From: Squalus acanthias
Taxonomy: Eukaryota
NCBI GenBank assembly: GCA_030390025.1
Contig: CM059432.1
Span: 81,036,001 to 81,100,000, forward strand
Direction: 5' to 3'
Length of the DNA stretch: 64,000 bases
Shown here: piece by piece, positions 46,620-60,448 of the stretch
Layout: every line of letters begins with the position of its first letter
How positions within the stretch are numbered: position 1 is the stretch's first letter
Notes under the pieces: model-generated
Database searches by the model: none
The model's input: only the letters and a program-made list of their open reading frames with translations
Told to the model about the DNA's origin: nothing
Program-made: the position numbers and the translations under genes

Positions 46620-46806
46620 ACATAAGAGCATAAGACGTAGGAGCAGGAGTAGGTCATTTGGCCCCTCGAGCCTGCTCCACCGTTCAATAAGATCATGGCT
46701 GATCTGATCTTGGCCTCAACTCCACTTCCCTGCCCGCTCCCCATAACCCTTGACTCCCCTACCTTTCAAAAATCTGTCTATCTCCACCTTAAATATATTC
46801 AATGAG
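46620..46806 (-). mobile_element. CR1/HER1 3' tail fragment
   Basis: Complement of ...ERAGKWS* plus tail. Confidence 0.85.
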
Positions 46807-49229
46807 ACAGACAGCCCCAACAGCCCCTTTCTGGCTGGGATATCCGGGATGGAATCACCCATCTGCAGTACCAGTGACCACAACCACAATTCCCCTTTCA
46901 ACATTTGTCCCACACCTTCCCTTCCCTCTATTACTGACCATCACAGCGTCCTCTTGTCCACAAAGCTGAAATAAAAGCCACCACAAAGCAAACTTTCCAA
47001 TCCACATTTATACATATATGCATCCAATATGTCATCAAGAAATGAACGAATAACCCTTGTGCATTCCCTTAGTGACTGTCTTGCGTGTGCCTTTGCCTAT
47101 CCTAGTGATGTTATGCAGTGCTACCCCAATGGCTGCAGCATGGCTGGTGGAATGCTGCTAACTTTCAGTGGGGAACACTGCAGATGGCCGTTTAGGATGA
47201 CCTCGAGGAGCTGGTGGCTGGGTGTGTCAAATCGAGTGACAGTGTTTCTTCTTTTTCTTCTTCACTCTCCTCTCCCTCTTCTTGGTCACCCACTGGCTGG
47301 GCAGGCTGGATTTCTTGGGTGTGTGAAATGAGGAAGGTACAAGGGTAGAGTTGTGGTGAGGGGAGGGCGGGAAAGGAAGAGCTGCATGCTTACACCATGC
47401 ACAGCTTGTAAATCAGAAGATATTGTCGGATGAAAGGGAAGTGGGACGTGAGAAGGAGGATAACGTATAAGGATACCAGCATCTTGTATCCTTTTGGGCC
47501 CTACCGATGGCCAAGGGCTCAGCCATGCCCCTGCCAAGAATGGCCAGCACCGTCTCTTCCAAGGGGGTGAGGTGAAGCTAGGAATGTGAGGTGTGCCTCG
47601 TGTTTGGTATAGATTGTTGGTAGGTGAGTGATGGGGTGGGGCTTGTGCAATGAACAGTGTGTGAGGCTAGTGGTGCAGTTGGTAGGAGACGGCTTTTGAA
47701 GATGCATTCAATGACCTTGATCACTGGTCTGAGGTCAGAAAGCTTCTTTGGGCACTTGGGGGCAACACTGCTGGCAGTGATGGCCTCAGTGATCTGGTCC
47801 CACATCCTTCTTTCTGGAGGGCCGCCTGGCCCCTGTGGGTAGAGGACCTCTCTTGCAGTGTTGACCCCCTGTGCCAAGCTGGAGTGTTGTGTGCAAGACC
47901 CTGGGTGCCCTTTCCCTGGCTTGTTGAGCCATTTGCGTTGGTGCTGAAGCACTTCTACCATTTTTTTACCTGAGGAAGGCAGTTTAGCTTTAAGAGCTAA
48001 AGACTGCTATTTGGGAAATGTTTTTAATGGTTATTTTTAGAAGGCAGTTGAGCTCTAAGGGCTAAAGAATTTCTGTTTTAAAATGATTTTTATTTTTTCA
48101 TTTTAGAAAGCAGTTCCCCTTTACAGGATTGATACTGCTTTCTAAAATGACAGCCTTGCTTTAAGACAACACTGCTGTTGCTCCAGGGACGCTACGGCCA
48201 CATTACATTGGGCCTCCTGCTGAGACTACTGCCGGAAAACCAGTCTTGCACTCCAGACTTTGCGCTGTGCTAATTTAAATTAGCAGGCAGCACCAAAAAA
48301 CTGATGCTGCCTGTGCTATTCTTTCGGGCGGCCGTTAAATTCGGCTTGCGGTGGCACCGGCAGGTTTTCGGCCTACTCCCGTTTCTAGGTCTATGTCTAT
48401 TAAGAAGTAAGGTTAAACAGAAGCAAAAAATAGAATAGCAGCTTTTGATAGATTGCAATATTTTTCTTAATTTTATTTAATCTGTTATAAAACAATAAAA
48501 GCGCCAAGATCTTATATGTTCTCTTCCATAACTTGGACCATGCAACCATTATGTTAAGTTTTATGTGAGACTGAAATCTTATGGAACATCCTATCAGCTC
48601 ACAGCACAGGAAAATGCTGAAAAGCAAATGTTAACATCCCAGGCTATATGCCTCTCCTCCCTTTGAAAGCTAGTACAAAAGTACCTTCACAATTAATTAA
48701 AATTGTCAATCAAAATAGACTTAAAAACCATAACAGTGGCCTCTCAGAATCCTGCCTCAAGCATTCACAAACCTTCAAGACAAAGTAGAACTCTCGCTTG
48801 CTTGCATGCCCCCAGAAAGACAGTCTAGTGATAAATATTCATTATTTCTGTCTGCTGTGTGGTCTTTGTGTCTTCTACTACTTGGTAGGCAAGCAACATA
48901 AACAGATGTAAGTCATTTCCCTCTTGAAGCAGCATCTGCACACTGGACAGGGCTGCGGATTCTCCATCTTCCCCCAATATAAAGAAACAGAGACTGCAGA
49001 AAATCTCTCCCAACAATTAGTCACTTCAAAGTTATAATATTCCTTAAAAGTAAAAATTATTATGATTACAAATATGATGATCCCATGAGTTCCTCACAAT
49101 CCCAACTGATCAACTGTATATCATAAGGAGAGTAAGAACTTTGCATCAAATGTACTCTATCCCCGCCGCTCCCTCACACACACACGTTATTTCTCATTGG
49201 TCATAGATTTCATGTTGCTGTTCTTGCCT

Positions 49230-49632
49230 CCGAGTAATAAGGTTAAGGCTTTAAGACCCATTACAGATTTGAGCACATAACCTAGGCTGGTACTTCAGTG
49301 CCATGCTGAGTGACTGCTGCTTTACCAGGATGCCATCTTTCAGATGAGATGTCAAACCAAGGCCCCATCTGCCTGCGTTAGGTGGGCATAAAATATCCCC
49401 ATGTGCTATCAAAGAAGAGCAGGGACTTCTCCTGGTATCATTGCCAAGATTTTTTCAACAACCCCATAAAAAGATTAACTGGTCATTTATTAATTTGCTG
49501 TCTGTGGGACATTGGCCGCCATGTTTGCTTACATAACAACAGTGACTGCACTTCATAAGTAATCCATTGGTTGTAAAGCACTTTGGGTTATTCTGCAGAT
49601 GTGAGATAAGGTGCTATTTTAATGCCAATTCT
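49230..49632 (+). mobile_element. Deu-domain SINE, diverged
   Basis: Deu core and tail colinear with the reverse complement of 12561-13033. Confidence 0.7.
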
Positions 49633-49749
49633 TACCTTTCTTTATCATTTTGAGAACTACTATTTTCCAATATTAGTTCTCCAAACTTTGGAACATTTCT
49701 TATATTAAAAGCACTATATAAATACAAGTTGCTCTTTGTGGTTCTCTGG

Positions 49750-50708
49750 AAAAAAAATGGCAGCCAGCATGGGACACGGTGGCCGCCATTTCGGTAAGGG
49801 CCATAGCGCTGCCATTGACAGCGCTGGTCCCGAAATGTAAAGTAGCAGATCGTGACGTCATTGGCGTGCAACGCCTGACTTGACGCCAATCTGCAAACTT
49901 TGACTTTCTCGCTCTCTTTAACGCTGGGTCCTAAGCATGCACAGAAAAGCGTGCAATGAGCAGTATGTGAGGCTAGTGGTGTAGTTGGTAGGAGACGGCT
50001 TTTGAAGATGCATTCACTGACGTTGATCACTGGTCTGAGGTCATGAAACTTCTTTGGGCACTGGAGCCAGGTCATGGGGGTGACACTACTGACAGCGACG
50101 GCCTTGGTGATTTGGTCCCACATCGTTATTTCTGGAGGGCCTCCTGGCCCCTGTGGGTAGAGGACCTCTCATCAGTGTTGACCCACTGCACAAAGCTGGA
50201 GTGCTGCATGGGAGCCCCTGGGTGCTCCTTCCCTGGCTTGTCGAGCCATTTGTGTTAGTGCTGAAGCACTTTTACCATTTTTTTATATGAGGAAGGCAGT
50301 TCAGCTTTAAGAGCTGAAGACTGCTATTTCGGAATTATTTTTAACGTTTTTTTTCAGAAGGCAGTTGAGCTCTAAGGGCTAAAGACTGCCTATTTTTAAA
50401 TGATTTTTATTTTTTTCCTTTTAGAAGGTAGTTCCCCTTTAAGGGACCGACACTGCTTTCTAAAATGACAGCTTTGCTTTAAGACAACACTGCTCTTGCT
50501 CCAGGGATGCTACGGCCACGCTACATTGGGCCTCCTGCTGAGACTACTGCCGGAAAAAGAGTGTTGCACTCCAGGTTCTGCGCTGCGCTAATGTTAATCA
50601 GCAGGCAGCACCAAAATACCGTGCTGCCTGCGCTATTATTACGGGCAGCCTTTAACTTCGCCTCACGGTGGCACCAGCAGGTTTTTGGTCTACTCGAATT
50701 TCTAGGCC
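49750..50708 (+). mobile_element. Shorter derivative of the 45965 Harbinger family, left end lost
   Basis: Colinear with 46015-46210 and 47645-48391; ends GAATTTCTAGGCC. Confidence 0.8.
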
Positions 50709-50850
50709 CGACTATTTAAAGCAGAAGGCTGTATTTTGCACAAACTCATTATGAATTTTTGCGAAAGTAAGATTGATTGATTTGTTTATTAAAGTCCTAA
50801 ATGGAGCAATATAACATTTAGGTGGTAAAGGGTTTTATTACTGTTACATT

Positions 50851-51610
50851 GGCTCGTATTTTCCGATGCCTACGGGTGTGTACGCGCTGTCTACACACCC
50901 GTAGGGACATCGGAAATGCCGGTTTCAGGCATGCGAAGCACATGGGCTGAAAACCGCCATTTCCGATCTGTCAAGAATGCTCTTGACAGATCGGACGCCT
51001 GCCCTAGAGAAGGGCCTCTGCGGGCAGATAATTCCGCTTTCTGCAGAACCTCCGCCCGCTGAAAACACATAAAAATCTTACGCCTGGTAAAAGCAGGCGT
51101 AAGGCCTGCTTTTACCAGCATAAGAGTTGAAAAAAAGGAAAATAATAATTTTTTTTCACTCATTTATAATTTAAAAATACTTTTAAAAAAGGTAAGTTTA
51201 TTCTTAGCCCCGTTAAAAACTTGAATTATTTTTTTCAAAAAATTAAATTTTTGTTTAAAATATTTAATTTAATGTAATTGTAACTCATTTAAAAAATGTG
51301 ATGGTTTTTTAAAAATGTATTTAATGTTTTAGTGTTTTTGGGGTGATCTCCATTCATATATTTGACAGGTCTATCTGTCAAAAGTATGAAGGGAGATTCC
51401 CTTCTCCTATTGGCTGGCCTGGCCCACGTGATCCCAGGGACGCTTGCGAACTGCATGCGCCCCTGGGATACGGGGGCCCTGCGCATTCGACTGTGGAGAG
51501 GCCCAGGAGCGGAAGTGTCTGGACCTCGGGACCCCTCAGGTAAGAGCGTAGATTTTATTCTGATAGGAAGCATCCGCATGCAGTAAGCCTCCTATCGGAA
51601 ATTACGGGCC
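50851..51610 (+). mobile_element. Harbinger-type MITE (family D), uninterrupted
   Basis: TIRs GGCTCGTATTTTCCGAT / ATCGGAAATTACGGGCC, ATT TSD; AT-rich core. Confidence 0.85.
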
Positions 51611-51779
51611 ATTGTATTTTTCTCTATTTCTATTACCATATGCTGTTCCCAGGCCAACTTTACTATTTGCTGATGGAACATAGGTTTGGCTTTTATGATT
51701 CCTCCCTTCTGCCATTTTTTCCCATTTGCCCTGTATGTCAAAGTTGCTTTTTCTTTATTGCTTCTTCATCATTATGTTT

Positions 51780-52420
51780 AGGCTTGGCTTAATTGGTAGA
51801 ACATTTACTGTAGGATTAGTAATTAATGAGCTCAAGCCCCTTTCCAGGGTTTGAGCTCACAATCTGGCTTAACACTTCAGTTATGTGCAGAGAGGCTGCA
51901 ATATTATTGGACGAGATGTTAAACTGAGGCGCAGTCTGTCTGTTCCTATGATTTGGGTGGCTGTCAAAGATCCCACGGCACTATTAGAAGACTAGCTAAG
52001 TTTTTTGATCAACATTCCTCTTTCAGCTAATACCACCAAAAAACAGACCAATTGGGCATTCACCTGATTGCTGTTTATGGGATATTGCTGGTATAGTATG
52101 GTTGCCCATTTACCAACATAACGGTCAACAACAACAACTTGCATTCATATAGTGCTTTTAACATAGAAAAACATCCCAAGAGGCTTCAGAAAGTAATCAC
52201 AGAAAAATGGATGTTGAGCCAAAGAAGGGGATATTAGAAGGAGTGACTAAAAGCTTTCTCAAAGAAGTGGGTTTTAAGGAGGGCCTTGAAGGAGGTGGAG
52301 AGGTTTAGAGAGGGAATCATAGGGATCAGACAGCTGAAGTTACTGCGCTTCAAAAAATAATTCAGTGTGTAAAGAGCTTTCAGATGTTTTGATATAATAA
52401 AGCACCATATAAATGCATAT
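51780..52420 (+). mobile_element. Diverged Deu-SINE with a minus-strand L2 3' end inserted (~52127-52340)
   Basis: Deu core 51910-52120; (CAA)n-ACTTGCATT L2 tail complement; SINE tail resumes ~52342. Confidence 0.65.
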
Positions 52421-52589
52421 ACTATTTTATTATATTTTGTGCTTTCCAGTTGTTCTTGTTTATGCCTTTAGTTAGCTGTTGGGTGTGTATATATCTGGAT
52501 TGGTGACCCCCTCTTGTGGACAGGCACATAGTCTGCTTTGAAAACAGTTGAAATGCTGCTTTTACAAGCCATATACCCACTGCACCTAT

Positions 52590-53126
52590 TACATAGGAAC
52601 ATAGGAATTGCTAGATTAAAAAGAAACAAGGTCCATCTAGTTCGCCTTCTACTATACTGGTAGTTGCATGATACAATGATAATGGAATTGTTGACTAATC
52701 ATAGCAAACCATCTCTATCAATTATTATACAACAAACTCAGACATGACGTAGTGGAGAACTTTGGGAACCATATGCCCAAAGTCACCTGTTCCTCCCAAG
52801 CATGCTACACATACCACATGTTATGCCTCAAATTACTCATGTACTGTATCCCAGAATGTTATTTTCTGAAAGAAATCTATCTAATTTGTATTTAAATGAA
52901 TCAATACTGTTTCCACTGTCTCACTAGGGAGCCTGTTCGATAGATTGACCACTCGTTCACTGAAATATTGTTTTTGCAGATTAGTTTTGAATTTGAATTC
53001 CCCTTCAAGCGCAGGCTGTGTCCTCTGGTTCTACTGTTCTGGACAAGGTGAAATAACTTATCAAGGTCTACATTATCTAGTCCCATCAGAATCCTAAAAA
53101 CAACAATTATACCAATCATATCCATC
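52590..53126 (-). mobile_element. CR1-clade LINE 3' end with a distinct longer 3' UTR
   Basis: VFRILMGLDNVD...NSRTRGHSL on minus; (TTCCTATG)n tail. Confidence 0.7.
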
Positions 53127-53593
53127 AATATTAAAACTAAATTAACATGGCAAAATTATTGGTAAATGTTATTAAGCCCAGACACACCTTATTTGCAAGA
53201 ATCTGATCTTCAGAGCTCCAGTCATCGACAGAATACATAATAGCACTACAATTGTTGATTCATTCTTCCTTTAGCTATTCACTAGTCCAAGCTTCAGGCT
53301 TATGTGCAAATACAGAGATTATGATTGGTTCTTTTTTAATCATAAATCTCAATGTAACCTGACAGATAATTTGTTATTGTTTCTCAAAAAAAGTTTTAAT
53401 ATATGCCAAATAAATGAAGATGTTGAAGGGTTATAGAGACAGTTATCATGAGTCAATACAACTAACGAGCTTAGCTAAAGCCTTGCTTTTCAGCTGCACT
53501 AGCTAATGGCAAGTATTCCAAGTCTGCATAATTAGATTTTGCCTTATTTCTGTCTTTGTTTAATTGTGCTTTCCTTTGTAGTTTGTTAATCTT

Positions 53594-54225
53594 CATAGGA
53601 ACAGGAGCAGGCCATTCAGCTCCTTTAGCCTGTTCCGCCAGTCAATTGCTGATCTGTATCTTAACTCCATCTACCAGCCTTGGTTCCATAACCCTTAATA
53701 CCCTTGCCTAACAAAAATCTATCAATCTCAGTTTTGAAACTTTCAATTGGCCTAGTCTCAATAGCTTTTTGGGGAAGAGAGTTCCAGATTTCCGCTACCC
53801 TCTGTGTGAAGAACTGCTTTCTGACATCACCCTAAACAGCCTAGATCTAATTTTAAGGTTATGCCCCTTTGTTCCGGACTCTTCCACCGAGGTAATAGTT
53901 TCTCTCTATCTACCCTATCATCTCCTTTAATTATCTTAAACACTTCAATTAGATCACCCCTTAATCTTTGATATTCAAGGGAATACAAGCCTAGTCTATG
54001 CAATCTGCCTTCATAATTAATCCTTTTAGCCCTGGTATCATTCTGGTGAATCTGCACTGCACCCCCTCAAAGGCCAGTATATCCTTCTTGAGGTGCCCAG
54101 AACTGAATGCAGTACTCCAGATGCAGTCTAACCAGGGCTTTGTATAGCTGTAGCATAACATCCTCCCCTTTATATTCTAGCCCTCTTGAGAAAGAGCCCA
54201 ACATTCCATTACCCTTTTTAATCAT
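53594..54225 (-). mobile_element. CR1 LINE 3' fragment
   Basis: LYKALVRLHLEYCIQFW, LRGDLIEVFK and tail. Confidence 0.85.
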
Positions 54226-55949
54226 TCTACCTTTTTTCCAAGTGAATCTGTCTTCCTTCATTTTTCCCTCATATCCCAAACTGGTATCAGAATGATATTA
54301 ATAAAGGAATGTTACTGTTATACTCAGCTAATCAGGGAAACACTATCCGCTTACTAGAAAGTCTGTCTCAAGACCCTGCTTTTAAAAACAAGCATCAGCT
54401 GCCAGATAGAAGAGTTATGGGAGTTGGTTCTTCCCAGCTGACTGCAGCCAATTTTTGGTTCCTTGTCAGTGTTGAGCACTGCCAGGCATGAATTTTCTTA
54501 GGTTTGCCATATTTCGCTGTCATTGTACGAGATGTGGAGATTTCACAGGTAACCCATACAATGCAAGTCATCTAATAAGGCTGTGATTAATGAGGTACTG
54601 TTTAAATGCTGAATTATTCAGGATGGGAAGAGTCAACACTTCTTCTCTGATGGAGTAACACATATAGGGATGTGCTGAATATGTTTGATCTTCTCAATAT
54701 GTTTGTTCTGCTAATGAAGAAAATAAAGTGATCAGGATCCAGGTTTTGTGGAGCTGCTCTTTAGGAACACAAGTAATGCAATTACGCTTAATGATTTCAG
54801 AATGCTGGCGATGGTAAATATCACACTTCTGATATTCATGTACTGTAATTCCGTTACTTATTTCTAGATTCTCTAGACTGACATCAGAATGACAACACCT
54901 TGAAATAGAATTTTCCAACTACCCAATGATACTTTTTCATTAAGCTTTCATCCAAAATGCACTCTTCTGCTGGCTATGTGGTTAAATGCACTACCAGGTT
55001 GGTACTGAGCCATACTAGGAAGGTCACCAGTCTGTGCTGAGTTAGCTGATCTCAGCCATTGCAGAAATGGAGATGCTACAATTTGTTTCAATGGCCCTTG
55101 GATGGGAGATGAAAAATCAGTCAGGATTTTCATCTTCTGGTGTCACTTCTGCTGGGTGCCAGAAGCGCCCAATCAAATAAGGACAAGTGTAATCTAACAA
55201 GGTGGTATTGATGGAGTGATATCATATGCCATTTTCCATCTTTAATAACACTGGATGCTAGTCATGCCTGTATAAAATTGGGCAACAGGAGAAGCAGTGG
55301 CAACTTTATAATAACACAGCAGGCACTTAAAATAAGAGAGGGATGTTCCATTTAAAGTCCCTTACCAGCTGAGGTAAATTTTCAAAATGGAGACAGCTGG
55401 ATGGGGAACTTCAGGGATTTTGTGTGGCCCTTTAAACAGCTTCTGGCATTTCAATTCTGTAGCCCCAGCTATTGCCCACCCCATCCCTCTTGGTGAGCTC
55501 ATAAGCTTAGCAACACAGACAAAAAAACAAATGTACCACACAAGAGTATTTCAGAAGTATATCTTTTCAGACCTTGTTAATGGGGTCCTTGAGTTAACCG
55601 CAAGTTATTATTCTAGTTGAAATAGCAAGTAAGGCAATCATCAGCAATAGCAATACATCAGGAAACAGTGATGGTAAAATATGCAAACATACTTTATATC
55701 TTATTGCTTTTATAATTTAGAACTATAATTTTCTCTCACCTAATAGTGGGGATAGATTAGCTGTTAATCCAGCAGTAAATCCAAAACTGCTCCTGTCCTG
55801 AACTACAATGTTCCCAATTAGTTTGTCACTCTTTGTCATCATTAAACTGGTTTAATTTCAGCTTAGTTTAGGAACATAAGATAACATGACTTTTGTTGTG
55901 AAATGTTGTTCTTTGTAAAGGCAGGCAAATAGTTTGGGAATTGGTGGGA

Positions 55950-56133
55950 TAGAACATAAAAACCTAAGAACATATGAAATATGAGCAGCAGTAGGCCATT
56001 TGGCCCTTTGAGCCTGCTCCGCCATTCAATAAGATCATGGCTGATCTTCTACCTCAACGCCACTTTCCTGCACTATCCCCATATCCCTTGATTCGCTTAA
56101 TATTCAAAAATCTATCGATCTCTGTCTTGAATA
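55950..56133 (-). mobile_element. CR1/HER1 3' tail
   Basis: Matches 21286-21452. Confidence 0.85.
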
Positions 56134-56146
56134 ACACAGAAATTCT

Positions 56147-57011
56147 GGGCTGGATTTTACCAGCCCTGAGGCGGCGTGTCTAGAGGTGGGACTGCTGGGA
56201 AAATCCAAAAAAATGGGAGTGGGTCCCAAACCCACTCCCAGCCTGCCTCCAACCAATCTTCCCGGGAGTCGGGTCCCCGATTTGCACAGGGTCCTGACTC
56301 CTAGAGGTGGGAAGAGGATTATAGCCACTTAATTGCCTGTTAACAGGTAGTAAGCAGGCAGTTAAGAGGCTTTTTCCCATTTTTCGACTGCTGCTGCGGG
56401 CTTCCCGATGTCGGGGAACCCCGCCAGGGTAAGTGAGGCGTGATGTGGGTCTACTGTAATTTTTGTGTATATATGACAGCTGCAGAAGTGGTTTAAAAGA
56501 TTCAATGGGACACTGGTGAGTATCAGAGCTAAGGAAAAGTTATGAAAGTAATTTTTTATGTGTTTAGATGTTTCTGCAGGTGACAAGCTGTGAAGTGTGT
56601 GTAGGCTCATGTCATCGGGAGAAGTGACAGATGGCTTCTGCAATCTCAGCTGTAGCTGCCATCTGTTTTATCCTAAGGAGAGAGTAATTGGAGAGCCTGC
56701 GTACAAGGGCTCACCTTTGGACAGTGATTGTCAGTGTTTGACAGCACCTCAATGCTGTCAAACACAGTCAAATCATCTGTCAAACAAGTGTGGTGCATAT
56801 GCCTTTAAGAAAACTGGCAGATGAAGTGTCATCAACTGACGTCATCTGACACTGGCTTTCCCTTAATTGGCCGGCAAGCCCGCAGGGCGGGCTTAACAAG
56901 GCCAATCAGGGCTAAATAGCGTCAGTTCGTCAGACGTCGCTGGGGGCGGGACTGGAACCCGAAAACCAGCAGTCCTGCCTTGAACTCAGCCTTCCAGGTA
57001 AGATTCCGCCC
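56147..57011 (-). mobile_element. Harbinger-type MITE (family E), inverted relative to 6442
   Basis: TIRs GGGCTGGATTTTACC / GGTAAGATTCCGCCC; flanks TCT/TCC; shared CCTGTTAACAGG palindrome. Confidence 0.8.
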
Positions 57012-57439
57012 TCCGTGTTATTATTAAAGACATTACAATCCCTAATGAAAATCTAATTTAAGGTGTTAAGCCTAACCTTAACCTTAACCCTAATTCTTTG
57101 AGTGGTAATATTACCAGAATTAAGAACCTACTAGAAAACAAACAACAAAAATGAATGACTGGCAACAATAATATCGATATGGCAACGACAAGTTAACTAT
57201 AAAGCTCATAGCATTTTAGAATCTACATAGCTATTAAATAGAATGCAAACTAATGCAACCACTTTATGAATAGCTTTCAAGTAGGAACAAATATCTTTCA
57301 AGTGGGAATGGGCAAGCTGGTTTTGAATTCAGGCTCTTGCTTCCCCCACCTAATCCACTTTACAAATCTGAAACCAACTTTTAATCTGGACAGTGATGAA
57401 AAATTAGGAACAACACTGGGGAAAAAGTGAAAGAAAACA

Positions 57440-59210
57440 TCAGATAAAGGTGGAGAAATGGAAAGGTTTCAGGAGGGAGTTCCATAAAGTAGCATCAAGG
57501 TGACTGAAAGCGCTACCACCAGTGGTGAGCAAATGGAGAAAGGATCACTGGAGCCAGAGGAACAGAGCAATCACGGGGGTGGGGGGGCTTTTGGGCTGGA
57601 GGAGATAAGGTGGTGCAAGATCACAAATAGATTTATAGATGAGGACAAGGATTTTGAACTTAATGCTATTTGGAAACGGAGCAATTGCACGTCAGCAAGG
57701 ATGAGGATAATTGGCAAGTGGGACATATTGAGAGATGGGATACTTGCGGAAGAGGTTTGGACAAGTTGGAGTTTGTGGAGGATGAGAGGTCAGTAAGCAG
57801 AGCACTGGAGCAGTTCCGTCTGGAGGTGTTAAAGGCATGTATAATGGTTTCAGTGGCAGAGAGGATGAGGTGCAGGAGAGGTGAGAAATGTTGCTGAGAA
57901 AAAGTGAGAAAAATACCAGAAATAGTGAGAATACCAGAAAAAACAAATTAAAAAGATCATATTTTGCTAATTGTTAGTTGTTAAAACCAAAAAACTAAAT
58001 AAACTGATAGAAACTTTGTCACAACACAACTCTATTTAAATAGAGTTAAATATCAGCACAATTTCAGAAAAGCACACAAGAACAACAACTTGCGTTTATA
58101 TAGTGCCTTTAGAATAGAGATTGTCAGAAGATACTTCACTGAGGTGTTAGGCAAAAATGGAGGCTGAGCCAACGAAGGAGAGATCAGGAGGGCCAAAAGT
58201 TTGGTCAAAGAGGTGGATTTTCAAGAGGGTCTTAAAGGAGGAGAGGTGAAGGGTTTTAGGGAGGGAATTCCAGAGCATGGGACTTGGGCAGCTGAAGGCA
58301 TGGCTGCCAATGGTAGGGCAAAGGAAGGGGATGCACAACTTGCAACAGGAGGAAGAGTACAACATCAAGCTGTGGCTCTTCCTTGACGCATGTCAAGCAT
58401 CAGAGAAACAAAGGGGGAAAAATTGGGTGGCGCCCCTTTTGGGGCGCTATCATTGCTGGGGTGCTAATTTTAGTGCCCCAAAAAAGTTAGCGCCCCTCTG
58501 CCGTAAATTCAGTAGTAGCGCCCCAAGCAGGAGGTGGGGCGCTACTGGAAGCACTCCCCTCCTTCTTGGGGTGCTACTGCTGAAGTTCGCGGCACTATGT
58601 GCAACAGCGCCACGCGTGGCGGTACGTAGCGCCGCGTCATTGCAGGCCTCCCTCCCCTGATTAAAGGAGAGGGGCCAAGTGCTGCACACATCGGGGCCCT
58701 GCTGGACCAGCGAGGTGCCGTGAAAACAGCCCGGCCCTCAAGAGGAGGGCCGGGCTGAGCGATTGCGGCCGGCACCCTGCATAAAAAAGGGAAAGGGGTC
58801 AGGTGCTGGCAGTCGGCCAAAATAAAAATGGCCACCCAGCACCTGCCCTTTAAGTAGCGCCACCGCCACTGCAAAAAATGCCCTCTGATCCTGTTAGACA
58901 TATCGTCCGGCGATAGGTCAGAGGGCGCAAGGGAAGTTTGCGGCCAGGGCGCGAGCGGGGCGCTGTGCACATCATCGCCTGCGGTGCAGCACTGTGGGGA
59001 GCTACCGGCTACTGCCGCCGCTAACATCCCGAGCGCTAGGGTATTTGCGCCCCGTTAGCGCCCCCCGGAGCAGGTGTGAGGATATGGAGTGATTTGAACT
59101 CCAGGATGAGAATGAGATTTGGGGCCATTGTAGGTCACCAAGAACAGGGGTGATCGGTAAGCGTCATCTAGTGTATGAGATAGGGTATGGGCAGCAGAGT
59201 TTTGGATGAG
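57440..59210 (-). mobile_element. Two old L2 fragments (57440-57890; 58076-58360 continuing 59075-59210)
   Basis: GSHAFS...LWNSLP...FKTLLKIHLFDQ on minus; (CAA)n tail complement at 58076-58090. Confidence 0.6.
58413..59072 (+). mobile_element. GC-rich Harbinger MITE (family B), right end lost
   Basis: TIR GGGGGAAAAATTGGGT; homologous to 4676-5025 and 37940-38610. Confidence 0.8.
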
Positions 59211-60419
59211 CTAAATAAAGAGGGAAAGAAAGGTATAATTAAGAGAGAGAGAGAAAAAAAAAGAGATATAAGACAAAGTAAAGAAAAGACCTGACAAGAC
59301 ATCTTTGAAGTATGCTTTCCTTGAAATTATCTTGGCAGCTGCTAGATGCAAAAGGACTGGAGTCTGTTTGAAGTTGGTTCTTGCAGCAGGTAAAATGCAA
59401 CAGTTTGGAAGTGGAACAAACCCCAAATTACTTGCAGATCGACATTAATAAATACATGCTGACTAGTGTGGAACACTGATCTGAGTCAGTACTGGCCAAA
59501 TTAATTCATTTTCCAGGGGAAAATGTTGCCACCAATTAAACTTTGATTAGCTTGGATGTTAGGTTTGGTATTGTGCTCATCTCTGCAATAAAATGCATGA
59601 AAGTGGAACAGGTATTAAACTTTATTTGAGCTCTGACGCAGGTTTAAAATCTGACCTATATTTCCCAGTTGCAACACCAGCTCTGCATTGTACCCCAGAA
59701 TGATAATGTTCCCGCCACTTCTGAATGGCAGGATTTATACAGTTTAATTTAATGTAAGCATTGAGTACAGAAAATGTTATACGTTACTATCCATGGACCC
59801 TTTTTGAAATTGTTATTGTGGTACAATCACCTTTTGCCTTGTTTTAAACAACTTTTTCAAAGCTCCATGTTGTAGTCTGTCAACTAATTTACATTGCTTA
59901 TGAGCTTCAGTAAACTGCAATAAATCTTTGGACTGTGTATCGGAAGGAGAGCGGAGGTGGACTGTGGGGGTGGGGGGGGGAAGTAATTATTTGATGGATA
60001 CAAAGTTATAGTAGTTTTCAAAAACATTTATAGCTACAAGAGTGCTTGAACAGGATGATGAGAAATGAGCAATAGGTTTGCAGTTTAATTTTAAGAAAGT
60101 AAAACCTGTTGCCTTTGATGCTGGTATGAGGTCTCTTCCCAATACTCCAGTAGCTGGGTCTGTGTAACAAAAAGGGTTGAAATATTAATATATTTTTTGC
60201 AGGTTCTGGGATCTGTCACTCGTACTTCATCACAGTTTTCCTGTTGACAGTAGGAATCACACAAATGCCACTGACATTGTTAGCAGTTCATTTCAATTTG
60301 TTTAATTTAAAGTAAGAATTTTACACATGATTCTAAAACAGTGCAATCTGTTTGTTAAAAGGGCACAACCTTTTAACTTTATTTTAATTTTAATTTTTTC
60401 TCTTTTTTTGTTTGGCCAG

Positions 60420-60448
60420 GTATTGCTACTCCTGATGAATTTGATCAG
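60420..60448 (+). CDS. C8orf34: C8orf34 orthologue, 29-nt coding exon
   Basis: Long T-rich tract + CCAG acceptor, CAG|GTAAGT donor; (S)IATPDEFDQ aligns with recalled human SIAISDELDK; phase 1 matches the exon ending at 17189. Confidence 0.88.

Larger units (their letters stand above)
45965..48391 (+). mobile_element. Non-autonomous Harbinger (GGCCTAGAAA TIR family) with Myb remnants on minus
   Basis: TIRs GGCCTAGAAA / TTTCTAGGTC, TAT TSD; WDQITEA...CPKKLSDL at 47715-47960. Confidence 0.8.

Noticed and set aside
54960..55170. Old tRNA-derived SINE-like remnants (also ~14880-15205 on minus)
   Set aside because: Too degraded to classify or bound by eye.
57068..57093. Interstitial telomeric repeat
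   Set aside because: Only 3-4 degenerate TAACCY units.
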